Positions 11,025 through 21,194 of a stretch of DNA of 24,435 nucleotides are shown here, in pieces. The number at the start of each line of letters is the position of its first letter. The first letter of the stretch is position 1. The stretch lies in contig CAJNOC010000253.1 in assembly GCA_905250105.1 (NCBI GenBank), positions 23,720 to 48,154 on the forward strand, written 5' to 3'. A program made the position numbers and the translations under genes. The notes below the pieces were generated by a model. The model ran no database searches. It was given only the letters and a program-made list of their open reading frames with translations, and was not told where the DNA came from. The stretch comes from Brachionus calyciflorus (taxonomy: Eukaryota).

Positions 11025-11703
11025 CTTTAAAAATATATTCAAATAAAAAAATTAATTAATCGAAATTGTTTACTAGATAGAAACCTTTTGAACTTTTAAA
11101 AAAAAAACAAAAACTTTAAAGATTTAAAAAATTGAAATCAAATTATTTCGTTGTAATATGAAGTTAGAAATGAAAAGACCAATTCATGACTCAATTCAAA
11201 AACAAATAATACTGAACTTTTACTTAATAAAAGCCAAGATTTGTAAATGTGATTAAAACTCAACTAAAGCTAAAACTCTTAAGAAAATAAAAAGAATTTT
11301 TATCAGAGAACTGAAATGATAGTCTAGCAAGCTTAGAAGATTTTCAATATTATCAACCCACAAAAAGCAAATCTTGATTACTTAACAAACAATTACGAAA
11401 ACGAAAGTGATGAAATATTGACAGATGTCAATCAAATGAATGACTGAGATTTATTTTTGATACAGTTCTTTTGTTTTTCTAGGATATAAATACTCGTAGT
11501 TTTTCTTATTTTGTGCTTAACTTTTTTAGTAGTTAGTAGCAGCGAAGCCTATTTCTCAATACTTTTAAATACAGAAAACGGATTTTCTTAGATTTTTTTA
11601 TTTAATGAAAAATCGAGTAATCGGTTTATTACTATGGTAATTTTTTCTATTACTAACAAGTGCGTGTAATATCGTCCCAAAAATACTTATGCCTAGTAGT
11701 ACA

Positions 11704-11891
11704 ACAATTCATTTTTGAGTGGATAACCTCAAAATAAAAAACCTAAACAATTCTCAACATTAGAAAATGTTCCATTTTCTGAATATTTTGTTCACCAGAT
11801 TTTTATGACATGTCGGGGGATATTCGGTTTTTATATTATACAGTGTAAAATGTTACGATTTTTTTAAGTTGTCCACTCAAAAATGAACTTT
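11704..11891. repeat. Inverted-repeat (MITE/hairpin-like) element: 'acaattcatttttgagtggataac' vs 'ttgtccactcaaaaatgaa' (21/22 match) about 140 bp apart
   Basis: Direct comparison of the two arms. Lies in the TMEM185-PARP4 intergenic region. Confidence 0.55.
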
Positions 11892-12258
11892 TGAAATGTT
11901 CGACTGCTGAACTGCTAGAAACTTCATGTCACTCAACTCAATAATAGAATTATGTCACAGAGTTCTTAAATTCAGAAGAATATTACCAAAATTGAATAAA
12001 ATATAGTTCAACAAAGTTATGCCTAAATTTAAAAAATATTTTTTTAAATCAACTTAAAATTCTTACGTGTGATAAAAATGATCAAATAAACTGGTCAAAT
12101 CAATTTCCATTCTGAAACCATGTCAAACTGTCATTTCAACAATAAAAAAAAACAACAAAAAATCATTAAAAAAATTTTTTTTTTTGCTTTAATTTAATTT
12201 TTTATTATAAATTTTCTTTAAATATTTAATTTATAATTATTTAATAAAAAAAAACCTT

Positions 12259-12283
12259 TTCTCTCTCTCTCTCTCTTTCTCTA
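12259..12283. repeat. (CT)n microsatellite
   Basis: 'ctctctctctctctctttctct'. Confidence 0.9.
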
Positions 12284-12449
12284 CTATGTATTTATTTCAA
12301 CAAATATTTTAAAGCTTTCAAAATTATGTTGTTTTAATTTCAACAAGCAAAAAATATAAAAAAAAAAAAACAGAAGAGTATTATATGCATATTGCAAATT
12401 TTTTCGATTGAAAATGAGTAAGACAAAATTTCACAATAATTTACCTGTC

Positions 12450-12457
12450 TATAAAAA
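12450..12457 (+). promoter_or_regulatory. TATAAAAA box about 55 nt upstream of the PARP4-like ATG
   Basis: 'gtctataaaaagagac' with ATG at 12511. Motif-level evidence only. Confidence 0.3.
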
Positions 12458-12510
12458 GAGACATTGAGGTAAAATTATAACATTATTATTAAACTCTTTA
12501 AAAAACCAAA

Positions 12511-15500
12511 ATGAAATTTGAAAATAATGAAATTATCTGCTTGGATATAAGCAGTAGTACACCGTATAAAAAGAAAAAATCAATTATTGATTTACTTACT
12601 TTAACAGGTGCCAAAGTATCGGGTATTCTTAATCGCAAGTCGAAATTATTAATCGTTGATCAACGACAAAATTTAGACTCGTATAAATTTCGAACGGCTT
12701 TTAAGCTCAATATACCAGTTGTTCATGTCGATTATTTTTTCAAGTTATTACTTGATAATGATTCAAGTGTTGATATTAAAGCCTATGTGATTAGAGATAA
12801 TACTAATGATAAAAAATTCGAAAAAGGAATTATTTCTGCAGGTTTTTTATTAATTTAAAAAATTTTTTTAAATTTAAATTTTTTATTTTTATTTATTAAG
12901 TATGTGAAAAGAAAGAATTTGATCTTGGTAAAATTAAGTGTTATTCGCCTGAAAATGATCCCTATTTGAATGAATTCGAATCGAGTGATTATCAAGTTAT
13001 AAAATGGATTGTTTTTCATGTAAGTAAAACATATGTATTGAAAAATTTTTTTTTTCTCTTGATAATTTTTCAATTAGTTAATCTTAATTTTCTTATTTAT
13101 TTATTTACAAAATAAATTAGCAATATTTATAATAAATACAGTCAGGTCGCGCTTTTATCACCCCATTTGTCCAGCTGAAAATGTGTGATAAAAGTGGATT
13201 GTGATAAAATTAAAAAATATAAAAAATTAATTTATTAGACCGAAAAAATAACAAAACAAATTTTTAAAAAACATATTATATTATAGTATATTTGCTGATT
13301 TAGCAGCTAAATACCATCTGTATAGAGCTTCTTCTACTAATGAAAATTAGCCGAGTTGAATTCCTGATTATTTACTAGTAGTTTCTTCATCGGCCAAATT
13401 TAAATACTTGTCTTTTACTTTAGAAAAATTTGGTAACTGTGGAACGCTCGACATTGAACTCTTCGGCTATTTTTGCATCAGTCTTATCTTTCGTCAATTA
13501 TAACTTTTTTTTATCGAATTAAGAATTTTTTGTCGTTTTTGGACCATTTTTATTTTTTTAATGAAAGAAACAAAGTAAAAAAATGAGGTGATAAAAGTAT
13601 ATAACATTTATTATGCATTGTATTAATAAAAATAAACATATTTCAGTGATTAAAAAGAAAATGGTGACTAAAATGGTGGTCTAACTAAATATTTTTTCTA
13701 TTGAAAAGTATTCAAGGCGATTTGTTCCTCAATTTTTTAGTGATAAAACCTAAATGTGACTAAAGTATGTGGTGATAAAACCGTGACCTGACTGTATGTA
13801 GTTTTACGTCAATATTCTTTCTAAAACTTTAATATTGAAATTTAAATAGACCATATTTTTCTAAAAAATAACTAAAGTGGTTTATTTAAAATTTAATTTT
13901 AACTAATTTCTAAATAATAAATTTCAGCAGACTTGTTATTTCACATCAATAAATTAATTTTATTAACATACAAAGGGCTAAAAAGGGCACAACAAAAAAA
14001 AAGATTTTTGATTTCGAAAAAACTAAAACCCACAATTTGTTCAGAATTTTTTCTTGTTTCAGAAATTGTATTTTTCAATACGGACAAGATTAGGCATTTT
14101 TTTGCTTTTTTTAAAGAATTTTTTCCGCTTTTTTCCGCATACTTTTTAAAATTTCAGAAATTAAACTTTTCTAAAAATTTTGCTTTCCTAGATTTTCATT
14201 TGAGGTAAAAAACTATATCTGAAGATAGTGTGGAAGTTTTGCATTTCCGGAACCTTATCTCAGAAACTAGAAGCTTTGATATGCTAGCATGTCCTTGACA
14301 GTATAAATAAGGATTCTATTCTTTATAACTTCAGATCGATCCAACTTTATATCTTATGTACTTATTAAATAAACTAGTTAAACAATATATTTTTGAACAT
14401 TTTCATTATTATTTTAAAGGAGCACAATGGAAACCGTGAGATTGTATTTGAGATAAATTCAAATTCAACTAAATACCGTCTAAGATGGGAAACAATTAAA
14501 CAAAAAGTTGAAATAAAAACCTATTATTCAGATGACTCATACGAAATATACGAATTATTTCGTCACTTAACAAAGTCATTTATGAACCAAAAAATTTACA
14601 AATATGACAAAATTCTAATGAACTCAAAATCGGGATCCACAAGGCTACAAAATGAATACGTTAAATCTCTCGTTGAAAATTCATCATTAATGTCAGAAGA
14701 TCTAGTGAATTTTTTAAATTACATATGGAGTGAATCGATTGGAAATTTAAACAAAATATTTCAAACAAATAGAAAATTCTATGGACTTTCAAATGAGAAA
14801 TTAGACAAAGCTGAATTAATTCTATACAAACAAAAAGAAGAATTTAAAAAAATTCCCTCGGAAAGAATTGATTTATCAAAAGAATTCTATTCACTTTTAC
14901 CATTTAGACCAAGTTATTTTAAACCGATTATAATTCGTAAGAATTTAAACGATCAATTCGAATTAATTCAAGTCTTACGTGACATGATGAACATAGGCGA
15001 AGAGACAAATTGGAATTTAAGATCTTCTGTTAATTCCATATATCGTTCAATCGGTTGTTTCATAAATCCGACAACAAATAATGACATTAAAGAAAAAATT
15101 CTACAAAATCTAGACAATAATTTAGAATTATTAAACGTGTATGAAATAAGTCGACCTGGTGAAATTTTAAACTTTAATAGACAAAATTTAAATAACATTC
15201 AATTATTATATCATGGTAGTAAAGCGTCGAATTTAGTTGGTATTTTATCACGTGGTTTATTGACACCGAAAAAAATTCTATCATCAGAAGGATCAGATAT
15301 TTTAGAAATGCTCGGACACGGTATTTATTTTTCCGATAGTCTATCAACTAGTTTAAAATACGCATGGCCAAGTGAGTGTAAAAATACACAATTAATTCTA
15401 GTGTGTGAAGTGGCTTTGGGAAAATGTAAAGATCTATTTGATTTTGAGTTTGATTTAACACAAGCACCCGAGGGTTATAATAGTGTTCATGGCGTTAAAG

Positions 15501-18500
15501 CAACACCGGATACTCAATCAAAATTTGAAGATAGTGAATATTGTGTTTATAACACTGAACAATGTAGAATTAAATATTTATTAGAGGTCAAGGCTAAGGA
15601 TAGCAAGTTGAAAAAGTATGGTAATTTATTACAAAATGAACAGGAAAATGTTTCAAATTGTATTCTAAATGAAAATATTGATTTAAATTTAATTAAAAAA
15701 AAACAAGCTAATTCAGAACTTAAGACTTTGAATGGTAAAAATTTACCATTAAAATCAGTACATGTAAGAGCTGAAATAATAGACATGGTTAGCAAGGTTG
15801 TTATTTTTCAAGAATATGAAAATAACGAGGATGAATCAATTGAGGCAGAATACTTATTTCCATTAAACGATACGGCAACTGTGTGTAATTTCGAAGCGTT
15901 TATTAATGATAAGCACATAGTTGGTGTTTGTAAAGAAAAAGAAATAGCTCGTAAAGAGTATAAAGAGGCTATTCAACAAGGTAAAGGTGCTTATTTAATA
16001 GACCAAGAGACTAGTGAAATATTCAAAGTTAACGTTGGTAATTTACCAGCAAAAGCTAAATGTGTTATCAAAATAACTTACATTTCCGAGCTGGAAATTA
16101 ATAATGAACAAATTATATTTCGCTTACCGAGTAATGTATGCCAATGGAAATTATTAGAAGAGAGAGTAAAATTACAAGAAAGTGTTGTGTCAAAATTTAT
16201 AAACAGAATGGGATTTATTAAAAAATCTTCATTTAAAGCTAATATTATAATGCCATTTGAAATAAGAGCTATTAAATGTTATACTCATGAATTGAGTATT
16301 AAAAAAACATCATGTCAAGCTGTTTTAGAAATGGGTGAAAAGATAAGTTCATTAGAAAATGATGATACTTTAATAATAGCTATTGAAATAGCGACTATAC
16401 ACATGCCTAGAATGTTTGTTGAAGATTATATAGATGAGGATAAAAATGAGAGTAGAGCTTGTATGGTTTCGTTTTATCCTGAATTCGATATGGGTGATAG
16501 ATTAAAACAAGAAATACCAATAGTCAATTTTGTTATTGATTGTTCGAATTCTTTAAATGAGAATAATTTGATAATACAATCGAAAAAACTCGCTTTAATC
16601 ATGTTAAATTTATTGCCCAAAAATGCTTTATTTAACATGATTATTTTCGGTTCCGATTACCAAGAATTATTTCCATATCCTCTAGCAGTAACTAATGAAA
16701 ACATTGAAAAATGCAAGGAATTTATTTTCAAAAGCATAACAGCTAATAAAGGAAATACAGATTTGTTAAGATATTTACAAAAAGAGAATCTTTTAGATTT
16801 TCAAAGAAATTATATTTTAATATCAGATGGTCATATGACAAGATCAAACGATTTAATTCGTTATTTGTCAACAGAGCAAAAAAATCGAATTTTTTCATGT
16901 AGTATTGGTAATTTAAGTAATAATAATTATTTACTTAAATTGATAGCCAATTTGACTAAATCAAATTATGCATTTTTTGACATGAGTGCTCAGAGTAAAT
17001 GGCGCGAGAAAATACACGATTTAATGGATAAAATTCAACAACCACCAGCTATTAGTAATATTAAAATTGAATGGCAAAATTATCGTGATCAACATGACTC
17101 GGACTCTTTTGACTATTGTTATGCTCCGAATAAAATTAATTGTTTATTTAATGGTAGACGAGTAGTCGCCTATGGTTTCATACCAAATTGTCAACAAGCT
17201 ATTTTAAAAGCAACTATAAATGGATTTGAATATGAAACCATGGTCACGTGTCCAGAATTAATGATAACACGTGGTGATCTAATACATAAATTAACAGCTA
17301 AAAGTCTAATTGACGATTGGCAAAATGGGATTTTATGTCATGATGATAAAATTCAAAACGATTTGATCAAACAAAAACTCAAGCATAAAATTATAAATTT
17401 AAGTAAAAAGTTTAGTATTACGAGTGAATATACGAGTTTTATAGCCATTGAGGATAGGGAACCCAATGAAATTTGTGCGAATCAAATTCAAGTTAGGGAT
17501 TTATTAGATAAAGAAGATTTAAAAATTGATATACTACCTTATATGGGCTATGAAAAAAATTCTCTTACTGAAAAAAATAATGAAATTCACTTTGAGTCTC
17601 TAAGTTTTTATGATAAAAATTATTTATTTGATTTTTATTCAAAAAATGAGGATCTTATTATGTCAAATAGAGAACGATTATTTTTAGCTGACGAATATAA
17701 GAACAGATGTATGATTAAAAAAGCCATTGAGATCTTAAGCTTATGCGAAAAGAATCAAGATATTGACGATTTAGTTGAGTCTTACTCGAAACTTAAACCA
17801 AAATTGGTTATAAAAATGTTAACTGGTAAGACAATTTCTTGTGAAGTAGGTGACTTGAATACAGTTGATGATTTAAAAAAGTTAATACAAGATAAAGAAT
17901 GGATACCGATTGATCAGCAAAGACTTATTTTTAATGCTAAACAATTAGAAGATTCGACATGTTTAAGTGAATATAATTTAGAAGATGGTTCAAGTATTTT
18001 TTTAGTTTTAAAATTACGTGGTGGGCCTGAAATCCGTACGAAAAAGATTTTTAACTTTTCTAAACCAACTTTAAGTCAACCCAGAGAGTTTATTGAATCA
18101 GAATCATTAGAAGATGAAGATAAACATTTTAGCTGTGATGAAGACTTAGAGATAGGAGAATTTGAAGAAGAAGATAAACATTTTAGCTGTGATGAAGACT
18201 TAGAGATAGGAGAATTTGAAGAAGAAGATAATCAAGTTAAAGAAATTGAAAAAAATTTAGAACGATTAGAAAAAGATTTAGAAATTAATAAAACTAGTGA
18301 AATAAAAAAGGAGGAAATCAAAATGAACAATTTAAACAATCAGAATAATACGAATTTAAAAAGTAAAGAGAAATGTTTAAATAATCAAGTTTTAAAAGAA
18401 TGTGAAAAAACGCTACTTCCTCCTCCTCCTCCTCCCCCTAAAGCTATTCCGTCTATATTTGGAGCCAGTCAACAGCTAGCATTTCCAGCTCAACAACAAC

Positions 18501-19522
18501 AATTGAAAAGAAATAAAGGTTTTTCTCAAAATCAAGTTTTAGAAAACTTAGCAATGCCATCTCCTTCTTCTTCACCATTTCCACCTGCTTCATTTTGTTT
18601 TGGAACTAGTAAAATACAACAACAAAATTTCAAGCAGTTTCAACAAATGGGTTACTCTTCAATGCCTTCTGCTAGTCAGCTCAGTTCAAGCATTTTTTTA
18701 AATGCCTCTTTTATAGAGCCACAGTCTTTAATTTCACGAATAACTAGGGATAATCTGAGTAATAAACAACAGTCACAATGTGATTCAGGAAAATCAAATG
18801 AAAGTTTATTTAGCAACAATTCAGAAAAAGGAATGATATTAGAAGAAAGTTTATCAAGTTCTAAATTTATTTCTAATGCTTTTTGTACAGATGAACCTGA
18901 AAAAACAATACGATTTAGAAGAACTACAAAAAAACTTTCAATTAGTCGATCAAGGATGGAAAGAGAAATATCCAATGAAAATGATTCAAATCAGAATAGT
19001 TTATTGTTGAATCAGTCGAAAAATATTAAAATAATAAATACCAAAACCCTAAATGAATATTTAAATGAAAATTTATCAATCAAAGCAAGATTTTTATCTT
19101 TAGAAGATATAGACGCAGTCGATTTGGATCAATTTGCGAGACTTGATTTAAAATTTCGAATAAAGAATAGTGAATTTGATTTGAACGGTGTATTGGAGTT
19201 TTTAAATTTGATGGGCTTGAGATCATTTGGTGAAGAAATGGCCAAGCAAATTAAAGAAATGATTTACAAGTTGATAATTTTGGTCTTGTTTAGCAAAATT
19301 TTATTGGGTGAGTCAGATGTTAAATTAGAAAATTTAGATCAAATGAAAACAAGCTTGTTTGAATGTTGTAATTTACGTTTTTCCTTTAGACCGGAGATCG
19401 AAAAATTCATCAGATCAAGCATTGAATATGTTGAGAAAATTCAAATTAAATATCCAAATGTTTGTGATAGTTTAGAATTAGGAAGAAATTGGAATAAAGT
19501 ATTAAGCAGTTGGTTTTTTTGA
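12511..19522 (+). CDS. PARP4: Vault poly(ADP-ribose) polymerase (PARP4) orthologue, about 1850 aa; exons 12511..12841, 12901..13019, 14420..19522. Domains: BRCT, PARP catalytic, VIT, vWA, embedded ubiquitin-like domain, C-terminal domain similar to the vertebrate PARP4 C-terminus
   Basis: Exon 1 is a BRCT domain ('[43 protein letters not shown]...') with the same BRCT-first architecture as vertebrate PARP4. Intron 1 is 59 nt (12842..12900). Exon 2 ends in phase 0 at a perfect GTAAGT (13020). Intron 2 is 1400 nt and contains a MITE. Acceptor 'ttattattttaaag|GAG' at 14419/14420 is phase 0; the track ORF start at 14393 is TTG, not a real start. Exon 3, PARP catalytic: 'LLYHGS' (His), '[15 protein letters not shown]' (Tyr), 'SEYCVYN' (Glu), '[15 protein letters not shown]', '[11 protein letters not shown]', all near-identical to human PARP4. 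VIT: '[23 protein letters not shown]...[25 protein letters not shown]...[21 protein letters not shown]'. vWA: '[13 protein letters not shown]...IISDGH'. C-terminus: '[14 protein letters not shown]', compare human 'LELGNDWDSATKQLLG'. Confidence 0.85.
13149..13794. mobile_element. Tc1/mariner-like non-autonomous element (MITE), 646 bp, 24-bp terminal inverted repeats, TA target-site duplication, inside PARP4 intron 2
   Basis: Left TIR 'cagtcaggtcgcgcttttatcacc' (13149..13172). Right TIR reverse complement 'cagtcaggtcacggttttatcacc' (13771..13794), 22/24 match. Flanking 'ta' at 13147-13148 and 13795-13796. Sub-terminal 'gtgataaaa' reiterations. No transposase ORF. Confidence 0.8.
17801..18025 (+). 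other. Ubiquitin-like domain embedded in the PARP4-like CDS (aa 1137-1211 of the exon-3 ORF), ending LRGG followed by Pro
   Basis: '[75 protein letters not shown]' compared with ubiquitin '[76 protein letters not shown]'. In frame with both flanks ('...SKLKP|KLVIK' and 'LRGG|PEIRTKK'). Confidence 0.85.
18116..18235 (+). repeat. In-frame 54-bp tandem duplication (about 2.2 copies) inside the PARP4-like CDS, encoding '[18 protein letters not shown]' twice
   Basis: 'gaagataaacattttagctgtgatgaagacttagagataggagaatttgaagaa' is repeated at period 54 (18116 and 18170). Confidence 0.9.
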
Positions 19523-21194
19523 AAATAATTTTCTAAATTTTTAATTTTGAAAATTTATAGCATTCAAATTCTTTATGTTTTGTTGCTTTTTTAGTTTATC
19601 AAATAAAATTTTTAAAAAATATCTTTGTTTCAATTTTTTAATTTCCACAAACGAATATAATTCTAAATAATTATCGGCTGCTTTTGCACCTGGAATTCAA
19701 GAGCCCGAAAGTCTTGAAGAGCGTCTCAAGTTAAAAAGAATAAATTTTTTTATTTTGAGAGGGGTCGCTGAATATCTCAAAAAATGTAAAAATATTATTT
19801 TAATTAACGGTGCCGGTCTTAGTACATGTATGACTGTTTTTTAGATTCAAAAATATTTCAATCAATAAATTATTTTAATTTTATTCTAAATTTTAAGTCG
19901 CAGGTTTACCTGAAGCTTTAGAAGTCCTATGCTCATATGGATGTGCTTTGACTTAACGTTAGGGCAAAGGGCATATTTAGACTTTATTCTAAAGGACCCT
20001 CGACCATTTAATGAAATAGTTTTTTCAACAAGCTAAAAATCCTTCTCTATCACATTATATCCAAAGTATCTCGGTACAAAAAGACAAAGTCAAAAGAGTT
20101 TATACTCCAAATATAGACTGCTTGGAAACTAAAAAAATTTAAAACGGGCCGAGGGTTTTTTAAACCCGTCATTAAAAAGTGCAACTGCGACTCCTTGCAC
20201 CCCTCCCGCCGTTAGGAAGAGAATAAACAGTCCACCCAATTCTTCAACGCCGCCTTCTTCAAAAAAATCAGCCAATAAGAAAAAGTGTCAAATTCAAAGA
20301 TGTAATCAAAATAAATCCAACTTTACTTGTAATGGCTGCTAAAAGCTTCTTGTGGGCCATGTCTGCATGAAATGGTTTTAAAAGCATTGTGTCTAAGTTG
20401 ACGATTAGAACACTTGGTATTCCCAAGCGACCACTTTCTCGTCAAAGTAATAACCGGGCTCAATTTTGCTTAACTTCGGTGATCGACCGAGAATCGGTGC
20501 ATTACAAGTGATCACTCATTTATTCTCCTATTTAAATTTTTAGAGAAAATTAAAAAAAATTTTTAAAATTGAAATAAATCTTTATTTTGCCGAATTTTGT
20601 TTACCTTTTTCAGAATTTTCGACTATAAAATAAAAAAATGAAAAATTAAATAAATTCGCAATTACTAAAAAGGGAGTTTTTAAGAAATATCCTTGGTTTT
20701 CAAATTTTAATTTTTTAAAAATTTTTTTTTTATTTGGGTGAAACTTTTTTGTGTCAGGAGTGGGGACTTGAACCCGGACCTTTGAATCAACTAGGGTCGC
20801 TAATTAATTCAAAATCCCAGGTCCCCCATCCAACGACTCGAACCATTGGGCCATCACCGGCCTTAATTTTTTTAAAACTCTTTCAAAAATGTAGAAATGT
20901 AAAACATTTACAATAAATTACATTTTGCCAAAAATGCCTGAAGTGAATTTCTGAATTGTATTAATTTGTTAGTTGAATTAACTATTAATTATTTAAATAC
21001 TAATTAATTTTTAATTCAATAATATTTGAAAGGGCTCACGGCTTTCAACACTTTATTCACACCTGTCAGGTTTTCAACATTTTTTTTTCTTTCTTTAGCC
21101 GCTTTAAAAAAAGGTCCAAAAATAATCGAGAAAAAGTGTAAAAAAATTGTTGAAAGATTGGTAATTATAATAATAATTATAAAAAATTTAAATA

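Noticed and set aside
12855-14208. Track ORFs 12855..13073(-) and 13933..14208(+)
   Set aside because: They lie in PARP4 introns and exon-2 antisense. Low-complexity Lys/Phe-rich translations typical of AT-rich non-coding DNA.
8888-14290. Shared 'gagataaggt' / 'ctagcat' motifs at 8888-8946 and (inverted) 14230-14290 as ends of a large element
   Set aside because: Only about 11-bp matches. They would enclose two host genes, which is implausible.
14393-14419. Start of the 1709-aa ORF as the PARP4 translation start
   Set aside because: The codon at 14393 is TTG; the first in-frame ATG is far downstream. A strong 3' splice site at 14419/14420 and upstream BRCT exons explain the open frame.
14968-18975. 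Minus-strand ORFs 14968..15198, 15547..15795, 18676..18975
   Set aside because: Antisense to the PARP4 coding exon; chance ORFs in AT-rich sequence.
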